Shown: positions 29,432-37,916, counted from the stretch's first letter. The stretch: 64,000 bases of DNA from an uncultured Planctomycetia bacterium (GCA_964629655.1 CAZVQU010000001.1:420056-484055), one strand, 5' to 3'. Notes: generated from the sequence alone by a model not told the origin. A program made the numbers and translations.

Positions 29432-29494
29432 AAAACCCTTATAAAATAAGGAAAAAAGGCCTATTTTCCCCTAAAATGAGAAAAACCCTTGAAA
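29432..29494. repeat. Imperfect 20-nt direct repeat (AAAACCCTTaTAAAATAAGG / AAAACCCTTgaAAAATAAGGG) upstream of the plus-strand fibre operon
   Basis: Two copies about 42 nt apart in the 300-bp AT-rich leader, between tRNA-Gln and the first gene of the operon. Confidence 0.35.
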
Positions 29495-29645
29495 AATAAG
29501 GGATAAATGCAATATTGACCTGTAAACATTTTCAAAATATCTTTATTATTACCTTGAAAAAATATAGAAAATATGTTACATTTTAAAGGATACTTGTGTT
29601 TGATGTTGGGAGGCGTCAAAGGCAGATTTTTGATTGGATTTTGGA

Positions 29646-31025
29646 ATGGAAAAAAAGGCACGTTTAGTAACACTTTTATTAATCTGCTTTCTGCTTCCCT
29701 TAAACATTTGGGCTGCAGCAAGCCTCTCAGTGGTTCCTCTCGAAGGAGGCAATAGCCTTCGCTTTGGAAGAATAACCTCCGACAGTACAATAAGCAAACA
29801 AGTCAGGATAAGAATTACTTCTGATTTAGGAGTAAAATACCAGGTCGAACAAAGACTGCTCGAGCCTTTGCGAAATGCTAGAGGCGAATCACTAAATGCT
29901 GATGTCTTTAATTTCTACACCTTAAGGGGCTCAAACCTAACTGGTAGCCTTTACCAAGACACACCTTACAGAGTAGATACTTTCAAAAGAATTCTTTATG
30001 TTTCAGCTGCTGCCGGTACCGGCGATTCTTTTTCAGTTATTTATTCAATTGACCCAAGTAAAATAAACATCTCGGGAAATTTCTTTGGTAGAATTTTATT
30101 TACTTTTACTCCTCTAGGCGCCGGTGGCACCCAAAGAGAAGTTATCCTTAATGTTTACTTTGAAACTGAGAAGAACTTTCAGGTAAGTCTAAGAACATCT
30201 TCTCAAAGCTCCCGAACCTTAAGACTTTCGTCAAGTAAGGATCAATTAGAGGGTTACTTACAAATTAGTGCCGAAGGTTCTTTAGGGCAAAAATACGAAG
30301 TAAAGCAAGTAGTCCAGGAGCCATTTAAAAATGAGAAGGGCGAAGTTATTCCCTTAGAGCTAGTTAAAGTATTCGCATCAAGCAGTAAAGGTCAAACCTA
30401 TGCCTCCTCTCCCACTCCTCTGGCTAGAAAGACTCTCCTGATATACGGTTCCGAGGCCCGAGGAGAAGGCGATGAAATCGTAGTTAACTTTTCTGTCAAC
30501 ACTGAAGACTTTGAAGAATTGCCGAGCGGTCATTTTAAAGCCCTAGTATTATATAATATCGAATCTCTGGGCTCTTTGATAAAAAGACTACCAGTAGATA
30601 TATCTTTAGAGATAAAGCCGATATTTGATATCGAAGTCGTCTCTGAATCTGTGGGGGGCTTATATTTTCGAAACTTAAAGCCCGACTCAGGATTAATAGA
30701 AAAAGAAATAATCATTAAAGTCCAAACTAATCTCAATCGGCCTTACAACGTTGTCCAAAATCTAAACACTCCGCTTGCTAATCAAAGCGGAAATACTATT
30801 CCTTTGCAATCCTTCCGCTTAAGAGAAGAAGAAAGTAAAGATAATCCAGGAAATATAATTTTTTCTCAATATACTCCTTTAAATTTAGGAGATACTAGAG
30901 TTTTTGCTTCTAATTCAACCGGTGATTCTTCAGAATTCAAAATCATTTATTCTTTGGAGGTTCCAAGGGACATGGTTGGCGGGGACTACTTTACAGGATT
31001 AAACTACTCTCTAGTAGAGAAATAA
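29646..31025 (+). CDS. Secreted protein with three tandem pilin-like (spore-coat-U/Csu-like) domains; candidate tip adhesin or fibre subunit
   Basis: Start set at the ATG at 29646 (MEKKARLVTLLLICFLLPLNIWAAAS signal peptide). The ORF-track start at 29634 is a TTG. Three ~140-aa repeats each carry a conserved core: LGVKYQVEQRLLEPLRNARGESL, LGQKYEVKQVVQEPFKNEKGEVIPL and LNRPYNVVQNLNTPLANQSGNTIPL. Confidence 0.6.
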   Translation: MEKKARLVTLLLICFLLPLNIWAAASLSVVPLEGGNSLRFGRITSDSTISKQVRIRITSDLGVKYQVEQRLLEPLRNARGESLNADVFNFYTLRGSNLTGSLYQDTPYRVDTFKRILYVSAAAGTGDSFSVIYSIDPSKINISGNFFGRILFTFTPLGAGGTQREVILNVYFETEKNFQVSLRTSSQSSRTLRLSSSKDQLEGYLQISAEGSLGQKYEVKQVVQEPFKNEKGEVIPLELVKVFASSSKGQTYASSPTPLARKTLLIYGSEARGEGDEIVVNFSVNTEDFEELPSGHFKALVLYNIESLGSLIKRLPVDISLEIKPIFDIEVVSESVGGLYFRNLKPDSGLIEKEIIIKVQTNLNRPYNVVQNLNTPLANQSGNTIPLQSFRLREEESKDNPGNIIFSQYTPLNLGDTRVFASNSTGDSSEFKIIYSLEVPRDMVGGDYFTGLNYSLVEK

Positions 31026-31058
31026 ATTATAAAACCAAAAAAAAGGAGGTGAATTGGT

Positions 31059-31685
31059 GTGAAAAAATTGATTGCAGCCTTAATGTTAATCTCACTTGTA
31101 AGTTCAGCGAGTATTTGTTCAGCAGGAACTACTGCTAGTGTAGGTGTTCAGGCTACTGTTCCACAACAGTTGGAGCTAAGTAGCTGGATTCGCTATGCTC
31201 CTCCGGGAGTTGATCCTTACGGAACAGGCTCAGGGGATGCCGCAAGCTTAGACTTTGGTACTCTTGCCTTTGATGATACCTATCATACATGGACAGCCTC
31301 GAAATACTTTACTGTATTTCTTCTGGCTAGCTCATCAGGAAGGCCCTATAGGATTGAACAGACAAATACAGGTTTTGTTCTTGGCAGCACTACTCTTGAT
31401 AACAACTTGATTTTGACTCCTGACTATCAGTCAGGTGACGAGATAGTATCAGGAACTGCTCAAGGAAGCATACCTTCAGGAGACAGTTTCGGTGCTAAGA
31501 CATTAGCTTTGGGAACCAACAAGATAATCTACAATGGCACCTCAGGGCTATCAAGAATAGCAAGAGCATACTATGGTCTAGCTACAGGGGATGCTGGTGA
31601 GCCCTCGGGGGCAGAACCAATCACTGGAGACCAAATCTCAGGAACATATGCGGGAACAATAACTTTTTCTGTTGTTCTCCAATAA
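31059..31685 (+). CDS. Secreted single-domain pilin-like subunit (spore coat protein U / CsuA/B-like)
   Basis: GTG start at 31059, preceded by an AAGGAGGTG RBS. Signal peptide. The RPYRIEQ core is shared with the repeats of the upstream protein. Gly/Ser/Thr-rich. The C-terminal alternating strand GTYAGTITFSVVLQ is characteristic of SCPU-domain donor-strand pilins. Confidence 0.55.
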   Translation: MKKLIAALMLISLVSSASICSAGTTASVGVQATVPQQLELSSWIRYAPPGVDPYGTGSGDAASLDFGTLAFDDTYHTWTASKYFTVFLLASSSGRPYRIEQTNTGFVLGSTTLDNNLILTPDYQSGDEIVSGTAQGSIPSGDSFGAKTLALGTNKIIYNGTSGLSRIARAYYGLATGDAGEPSGAEPITGDQISGTYAGTITFSVVLQ

Positions 31686-31842
31686 AGTTAAGTTGTAGAG
31701 ACATAGTACAAAACTTTTAAAGAAATCTACTACACAAAGATGGCCACCGGTAGATTATCCAGATTAACACAGATATTCTGTGTTAATCTCGGTTTTAAAA
31801 ATACTGTGGCCGTCTTTGTGTATAGTACAAAGAAGGAGATAA

Positions 31843-32640
31843 GTGCTTAAGAAAACTATTTTCCTATTTTTACTGTTTTTGTTGCCTTTCTCATCGTTTG
31901 CCTTAAGGATTGATAACCCTAAGATCAAACTCCAACTTTCTCCAAGCGACAATTACAGTGGAACTATTATTGTAGACAACCCCTCTAGTGATGAAGTCTC
32001 GGTAAAGACATACTTAGAAGACTTTACCTATGTCACTCCTTTTGATGGCGCTAAAGAGTTTTATGCTCAGGGCACAACAAAAGCATCCCTTTCGAAATGG
32101 ATAACCTTTTCTCCTCGAGAGTTCACATTGCAACCTTTTTCACGCCGAAGAGTTAATTTTTCAATAAGTCCTAAGTCTTCTTTCAATTCTGTTCGTTGTG
32201 GAGTTCTATTCTTTGAGACATCTATCGGAACTACCTATGAGAATGGCAAGGCGATAAATGTTGTGGGCAGAATCGGTTCTTTATTCTTTGTTGAACCAAA
32301 AAATAAGAGCAAGCGAGCAACTTTCACTAGTATTAAAGGCCTCTCTCATTCTTTAACCGGTGATTTTACTAACTCCGGTAATTCATTTATCCATGCTCAA
32401 GGCACATCCTATACCATAGATAACGAAGGCATGGTTAAAGATAGAAGTGTTTTAGAAGAAAGTTACCTTTTACCTAATGATAGTACCAAATTGCAAATGG
32501 CTTTATCTAGCGATTTAGCACCTGGCACTTACACGATGGTAATTACTTTTGATTTAGAGGAGGATGATTCTTTGGTTAAAGAAATTGATTTCTCTCTCTC
32601 AGGTTCAGGAAAAGTTACCGTCTTAGATGAGAGAAATTAA
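31843..32640 (+). CDS. Putative periplasmic PapD-like fibre chaperone
   Basis: Signal peptide (MLKKTIFLFLLFLLPFSSFA). N-terminal LRIDNPKIKL...GTIIVDNPSSDEVSV resembles the first β-strands and conserved Arg of Ig-fold pilus chaperones. The ~240-aa mature length fits two Ig-like lobes. Its stop overlaps the downstream start (TAATG). Confidence 0.45.
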   Translation: MLKKTIFLFLLFLLPFSSFALRIDNPKIKLQLSPSDNYSGTIIVDNPSSDEVSVKTYLEDFTYVTPFDGAKEFYAQGTTKASLSKWITFSPREFTLQPFSRRRVNFSISPKSSFNSVRCGVLFFETSIGTTYENGKAINVVGRIGSLFFVEPKNKSKRATFTSIKGLSHSLTGDFTNSGNSFIHAQGTSYTIDNEGMVKDRSVLEESYLLPNDSTKLQMALSSDLAPGTYTMVITFDLEEDDSLVKEIDFSLSGSGKVTVLDERN

Positions 32641-35516
32641 TGCCGAAAAAAATCAAAATTCTTTTATTGTTTGTAGTTTTTTTATTTTGCTTCTCCTCTA
32701 TTCTCTATCCCCAATCTCGCTCTTGTAGGTATTTATTAGAGCTGGGTAAGTGGGAATTAAGAGACGACAACTACGAAAAAGCCCTCCATTACTTTCAAAT
32801 TGCTCAATTAATAGATCCCGAATCAAAGGAAGCCCTGTCTTATATTAACTTAATAAAACGGGCGCTTGAAGGCAGAATTATCCGTGATGAGATCTATGAC
32901 GAAGAAGAGATTGCCAGCTCAACAGAATCTATTCTGGAAGGAAAAAGCAAAGATAAAGAAAAGCAACGAGAAGTAATAAGTGATACTCTGACTTCTTGGG
33001 AGAAAAAAATAGCTGGAGGGAAAAAAGATCAGGAAAAAATTACTGTCTTCCCCCCTCTATACCTTAAAACTATCCAAGAGATCGAGGAAGAAAAAGGAAT
33101 CAAAGAAATAAAAGATACGGAAAAAGTAAAAAGAAAAGTAGCTCCTCATAAGAAAAAAACAGCTAAAAAAGAAGAAATAATCTACCTTACCTCTGAAACT
33201 AGGGATGAATTCCCTCTAACCATAAAAATCGCCCCCGGTGAATCATTCAAAATTGACTCTGAAACCTTAAAAAGATTTCTGATAGTCTCTCCGGGAGTAA
33301 TTAAAGTAGATAAGCTTGCCATTAATGCCTTGGGCGTCACTGCTGCCAGCCTCGGCTCTTCATTCTTACATGTTTGGGATGACGTCGGCAGGTGGACCTT
33401 TAATATAAAAATTATCCCTCCACGAGTAGTAGTGAAAACCGAACAACTTTGGGAAAAGCCTGATGGCTTTAAATTCATGTATAGTGCTGACTACAGCCAA
33501 TATTACAGAGGTGATAAGTTTGCTGACATGGAAAGGCAAACACTCACCTATGATGAAGGAGCAGCTATCGTCGGACCAACCCCCTATGGGGAGTTAGATG
33601 CTTCTGTAAATTGGTCACGGCTTAATAAGCAAAAGGAAGTAACCGGCTATACTGTAGGCTTAAGCGAAGGGCGTTTCTTGAATTTTAAAGATTTTTATAT
33701 CCGTGGTTTTGATTTTAGAGAAACTTTCTCGTCTTTATCATTCCCAGGAGAAACCTTAAAGGGTGTAGTCTTTAGATCACCGGCTTTTCATGAAAAAATC
33801 GAATATACTCTGCTTTACGGGCGACAAAAGCAATACTCATCAGGAATCATCTCTCCAGGGGTTATCGAAGAAGAAGACTCTTATATTGAAGGCTTACGGC
33901 TGAGCTTGTTCCCGCATAATAAACATAAGTTTTTCTTTAACTATGCTCACGGATTTGGCGAAGACAGAGAAGATTATCTTAAAGACGAGGTTTTCTCTTT
34001 CCAAAGTGAGCACAATTTCGGAAATCTTGATATCATAACTGAAGTAGCTTCAGATAAAGACTCTATAGGAGCCAACTTCTCTTCAAAAATCCAGATGCCC
34101 AAACTTAACTTAAATCTTTCTTTTCGCGATATCGAGAAGGATTTTGTTACTATCTCAGGTAGACCGCCTAACACCGGAGAAATTGGAGCTATCGCTGGTC
34201 TCGATTGGAATCCAAACGATAAGGTCTCCCTAAACTCAAGCCTAGATGTCTATAGAGATAGAGAGTTTTTTAATCCTGAAAACGAAAATGACCCTAATTT
34301 TAATTGGAATAATTATTTGAATATACGCTTATCACCCACTTCGAACTTAGCTACAAGTCTGTATTATATTAATTCTCCAGGCCTTCTCTCACCCCAAAGA
34401 AGTTTAAATGCCACTACTACCTATAGCAAAAGGTTTAACTGTAACCTCTTTGGTGATAGATCAATTAATACATTCCTTGGCTACAATTACCAGAGGAGCA
34501 TTAATCCCCTTTCACCGACCTCTGACTACAGACGTGACGGCATACTTAGCGGCTTACGCCTTCAATTAGCCGGAGACCTATATTATTACCTTAACTATAA
34601 CTTCTCCTGGGTAGATGAACTCTATACTGGTGAGGAATCAAAACCTTCGGTTACTGAGACCGGATTAGACTTCTACCACACCTTTAATCCTAATTTATCT
34701 TCTAACTTACGCTTAAGTTACCGTGATGAAGAGAATGCATCTGCTCTACACTCCTTCCTCTCTGGAGAAGATAGCCTCGAAGGAAGCCTAAACCTTACTT
34801 ACAGCCCTAAAAAAGGTGCTGAATTCTTCCTTGATGGAAGAGTAAGAAATGTCTGGGCCGAGAATGCTGGCACAGAAGAGTTTATCGAAGCTGACATACG
34901 ACTAGGAGCACGCTTATCCTGGGACAACTTCTTCAGCTGGTCACCGGAGACAACAATACAAGGTTTTGTATTCAAAGACTCTAATGGTAACGGGGAAAAA
35001 GATGATGATGAAATTGGAATACCTGGAGTAGAAATAATTGCCGGCCCTAAAAAAGTTACCAGCACCAAAAGTGGAAAATTTACTACTACAGTAAAGGCAA
35101 AAAGGATAATTGCTAATATCAACTTTAATAGTGCACCTAAAGGCTATATTTTAACTACTCCGGCATCTTTTAATTTAGATACCTCTACTGGCGAAAAACA
35201 TAACATAAATTTTGGCATATCTCCTCAATCAGGAATATACGGAGTTGTTTTTTACGACTCTAACGGAAATAATAAGCTGGATAAAAAAGATACTACTATT
35301 TCGGGAGTAAAGATAATCCTCAATCAGAAGAAAAAAACAGTTACCAATAGCGAAGGTGTTTATTTCTTCGGTGGTATTCCTACCGGAACCCATAGCTTAA
35401 CCTTTGATGTTAATTCTATACCTTTAGAATATTTGCCTAAGGTCTCGATAAAAAAAGAGGTAGATGTTTCTGAAGGACTTACCTACACCTACCATATCCC
35501 CTTGCAAAAGAAATAA
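32640..35516 (+). CDS. Large outer-membrane assembly-platform-like protein: TPR + CpaC/secretin-type N-terminal domain + Tyr/Asn/Ser-rich β-barrel-like region + two C-terminal CnaB/SdrD-B-like β-sandwich domains (usher analogue?)
   Basis: Signal peptide. TPR helix pair. A K/E-rich linker. GESFKIDSETLKRFLIVSPGVIKVD...LGSSFLHVWDDVGRWTFNIKI matches the pilus-formation N-domain found at the N-terminus of CpaC-type secretins. About 450 aa of alternating-polarity β-strands end in Y/F/W-rich strands. Two C-terminal repeats (GFVFKDSNGNGEKDDDEIGIPGVEI, GVVFYDSNGNNKLDKKDTTISGVKI) follow. Confidence 0.55.
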   Translation: MPKKIKILLLFVVFLFCFSSILYPQSRSCRYLLELGKWELRDDNYEKALHYFQIAQLIDPESKEALSYINLIKRALEGRIIRDEIYDEEEIASSTESILEGKSKDKEKQREVISDTLTSWEKKIAGGKKDQEKITVFPPLYLKTIQEIEEEKGIKEIKDTEKVKRKVAPHKKKTAKKEEIIYLTSETRDEFPLTIKIAPGESFKIDSETLKRFLIVSPGVIKVDKLAINALGVTAASLGSSFLHVWDDVGRWTFNIKIIPPRVVVKTEQLWEKPDGFKFMYSADYSQYYRGDKFADMERQTLTYDEGAAIVGPTPYGELDASVNWSRLNKQKEVTGYTVGLSEGRFLNFKDFYIRGFDFRETFSSLSFPGETLKGVVFRSPAFHEKIEYTLLYGRQKQYSSGIISPGVIEEEDSYIEGLRLSLFPHNKHKFFFNYAHGFGEDREDYLKDEVFSFQSEHNFGNLDIITEVASDKDSIGANFSSKIQMPKLNLNLSFRDIEKDFVTISGRPPNTGEIGAIAGLDWNPNDKVSLNSSLDVYRDREFFNPENENDPNFNWNNYLNIRLSPTSNLATSLYYINSPGLLSPQRSLNATTTYSKRFNCNLFGDRSINTFLGYNYQRSINPLSPTSDYRRDGILSGLRLQLAGDLYYYLNYNFSWVDELYTGEESKPSVTETGLDFYHTFNPNLSSNLRLSYRDEENASALHSFLSGEDSLEGSLNLTYSPKKGAEFFLDGRVRNVWAENAGTEEFIEADIRLGARLSWDNFFSWSPETTIQGFVFKDSNGNGEKDDDEIGIPGVEIIAGPKKVTSTKSGKFTTTVKAKRIIANINFNSAPKGYILTTPASFNLDTSTGEKHNINFGISPQSGIYGVVFYDSNGNNKLDKKDTTISGVKIILNQKKKTVTNSEGVYFFGGIPTGTHSLTFDVNSIPLEYLPKVSIKKEVDVSEGLTYTYHIPLQKK

Positions 35517-35780
35517 TTACTTTATTAACGCAGTCTTTAAAAGGACTCTCTGGCCCTCTCGGGTTACCTCCTCTATAGCTATTACTCTTTCCTCTTCGAC
35601 TATGACCCCATACTCAACCTCTTCGCTGGCCTCATCAACCTCTGTCGGTATAACAAATTCTTCATTAATCTCAACCCTTTGAGGAATAGTAAAAGAAGCT
35701 CTAACGACGGTAGTATTGCCAGCTAACACAGAAATAGGGATAATGACTAACAGCACAGAGATTAAAACATACTTACTCAT
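35517..35780 (-). CDS. Small secreted acidic protein
   Basis: 87 aa with signal peptide (MSKYVLISVLLVIIPISVLA) and a Glu/Val-rich C-terminus. Convergent with and abutting the plus-strand operon. Confidence 0.4.
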   Translation of the reverse strand: MSKYVLISVLLVIIPISVLAGNTTVVRASFTIPQRVEINEEFVIPTEVDEASEEVEYGVIVEEERVIAIEEVTREGQRVLLKTALIK

Positions 35781-36012
35781 CTTGGCCTCCTTTCTTATCC
35801 TTCATCTCTAACTTCAAATCCTGGATTATTTGTTTTTTCAGCCAAAGATCCTTAGACACATGGACTATCTCTTTAATTACATGAGAACGGGCAACTTTCT
35901 TTCCGATTGCAAAATAGAGATCTTTTACTATCTTATCGAGAAAATCCAGCTCCTCCCTATTTATGAAGGAAACTACTTTGAAAAGGATTTGTTTTTTGCT
36001 ATGTTCTTTCAT
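35773..36012 (-). CDS. Small putative DNA-binding protein (ribbon-helix-helix-like)
   Basis: 79 aa. An N-terminal alternating hydrophobic strand (KQILFKVVSF) is followed by two predicted helices. Its stop overlaps the start of the downstream small secreted protein by 8 nt. Confidence 0.3.
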   Translation of the reverse strand: MKEHSKKQILFKVVSFINREELDFLDKIVKDLYFAIGKKVARSHVIKEIVHVSKDLWLKKQIIQDLKLEMKDKKGGQDE

Positions 36013-36071
36013 TTTTCTAAAATTAAAAAAGCCCTTTTAAGGCACACTCGATACCTAAAAAGGGCTACAAT

Positions 36072-36100
36072 AAAAAAACCCTAAGGCAACTATCTTAGGG
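36072..36100 (-). terminator. Rho-independent terminator (minus-strand orientation)
   Basis: Hairpin CCCTAAG-(8 nt loop)-CTTAGGG at 36079-36100. On the minus strand it is followed by a run of seven T (plus-strand A-run 36072-36078). Confidence 0.5.
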
Positions 36101-36436
36101 TTTACTAACTCCCCCCTTTGGGTAACCCCTCTATCCTGGCAGGACAGGTGGTTTTGCGTCTCCCAATTACTCGGGATTTGCCTTTGTCCGAAGAGACCTA
36201 ATTGTCAATCAGCTTACAATTAATTGATAACACATTTTTTGCAAAAAAACAAGTATATAAAAGGATAAAATTGCTTTTTTGCACTTTTACATTTAGACTA
36301 AAAAACCCAATACCTGATTGCCTTTTTTACTCTAGCTATGTTAGAAATGGGGGTTCTGGGAAAGATTTTACCTCAAAGCTGTGGGAAAAAATACCAGAAA
36401 GGTACTCATTCGGAAGTAGAGGGAGAGCAGAAAAAC

Positions 36437-36610
36437 CTACCAGCAATTCTCTCTAATCCACTCATCAGCCCGCTCAATTGCTTTCCAGGTATTATAGGCA
36501 TCATCAGCTAAACCCTTGCCAATGCCCCCTACTCCCATCTTTACTGTTTGACAACCGCTTACGACTACAAGAAAGACAAAAGAAAGTAAGCCTAAAATCA
36601 CCCTACGCAT
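36437..36610 (-). CDS. Small putative lipoprotein (57 aa)
   Basis: Read manually. MRRVILGLLSFVFLVVVSGCQTVKMG... has a lipobox (VVSGC). The ATG overlaps the last codons of gltX. It is below the 60-aa cut-off of the ORF track. Confidence 0.3.
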   Translation of the reverse strand: MRRVILGLLSFVFLVVVSGCQTVKMGVGGIGKGLADDAYNTWKAIERADEWIRENCW

Positions 36611-37916
36611 CAAAACCTCCTTGTTTCCAATAATTAATCAATCTACTTAACCTTTGACAAACTTTATCTTTCCCTAAAACTTCCATTGTCTCAAATAATC
36701 CCGGGCCAATTCTCTTTCCGGTTAAAGCAATGCGAGTAGGATGAACCAAATCTTTCATCTTCAACCCTAAATCTCCAATTGTAGCTCTAAACTCTTTTTC
36801 GATTGCCTCGGTATTAAACTCCTTAATCCCACTTAATCTTTTTATCAAAGCCTTAATCTCTTTTGAAAAATTTCTTTCTAGAATGCCTTTTGTATCTTCA
36901 CTATAGCTAAACTCATCATAAAAGCAAAATCGAGCCCAGTCAACTAAATCCGATAGTTTAAAAATCCTTCCTTGGAAAAGAGCAGCAACCTTCTCTAGAT
37001 AGCTTCTTTCTACCCCTTGGGGAAGAAAATCTTGAGTCTTTAAAAAACTTTCGACTAAATCAGTGAGCTCTTCTACTTTCATTGCCTTTATATACTCAGC
37101 GTTTACCCAATTGAGCTTATCGAGAGAGAATATTGCTCCGGTTTTATTAACATTCTTTACCTCAAAGATACTCTTCGCTTCGTCTAAAGAAAATATCTCT
37201 TTATTATCTCCCGGTGACCAACCTAAAAGCAAGAGATAATTAGCTATAGCCTTAGATAAATAACCCATTTCTTTGTACTCTCTGATTGAAGTTGCCCCAA
37301 ATCTCTTGGAAAGTCTTCCTCCTCCCGGAGATAAAATTAACGGAGCATGAGCAAATTGGGGCACTTTGAAACCTAACCCTTTATACATTAAAATTTGCTT
37401 AGGAGTATTAGATATATGATCCTCGCCTCTTATTACGCAACTTATCTTCATCAGGGCATCGTCAATGCAACAGCTAAAGTTATAAGTTGGAGAGTTATCG
37501 CTCTTTATGATTACTTCTTCGCTCTTAGGCAACTCAGTAAAGGTAATTTTTCCACGGATTAGATCATCTATTACTACACTCTGAAAATCATACTTAAAAA
37601 ATATTGCTCCCTCTTTATGATAAGCTTTGCCTTCTTTAACTAGCTTATTGGCATATTCAAGGTAAATATCAAAACGCTTAGACTGGTAGTGAATCTCATC
37701 CCAATCCATACCCAGCCATTTTATGCTTTCTAAGATCTCATCGAGGTATTCTTTCTTAGAACGCTCTAAATCAGTATCTTCGACTCGTAGAATAAATTCA
37801 CCACCGATATGCTTAGCATAAAGCCAATTAAATATACAGGTACGTGCTCCGCCAATATGTAAATACCCCGTAGGAGAAGGGGCAAATCTTACTCTTAAAC
37901 CATTTGAATTACTCAT
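36603..37916 (-). CDS. gltX: Glutamate--tRNA ligase
   Basis: RFAPSPTGYLHIGGARTCIFNWL HIGH-region signature. KMSKS-like LSKR. Start set at the internal ATG (MSNSNGLRVRF). Confidence 0.85.
   Translation of the reverse strand: MSNSNGLRVRFAPSPTGYLHIGGARTCIFNWLYAKHIGGEFILRVEDTDLERSKKEYLDEILESIKWLGMDWDEIHYQSKRFDIYLEYANKLVKEGKAYHKEGAIFFKYDFQSVVIDDLIRGKITFTELPKSEEVIIKSDNSPTYNFSCCIDDALMKISCVIRGEDHISNTPKQILMYKGLGFKVPQFAHAPLILSPGGGRLSKRFGATSIREYKEMGYLSKAIANYLLLLGWSPGDNKEIFSLDEAKSIFEVKNVNKTGAIFSLDKLNWVNAEYIKAMKVEELTDLVESFLKTQDFLPQGVERSYLEKVAALFQGRIFKLSDLVDWARFCFYDEFSYSEDTKGILERNFSKEIKALIKRLSGIKEFNTEAIEKEFRATIGDLGLKMKDLVHPTRIALTGKRIGPGLFETMEVLGKDKVCQRLSRLINYWKQGGFDA

Noticed and set aside
29461-29797. 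Two overlapping minus-strand ORFs (109 and 73 aa) and a 60-aa plus ORF in the leader of the fibre operon
   Set aside because: They lie in the AT-rich promoter/leader region and overlap each other and the start of the first operon gene. They have no RBS or motif support.
36202-36456. 84-aa plus-strand ORF in the gltX-downstream gap
   Set aside because: It has no RBS and a low-complexity sequence. It conflicts with the minus-strand terminator and mini-ORF interpretation.
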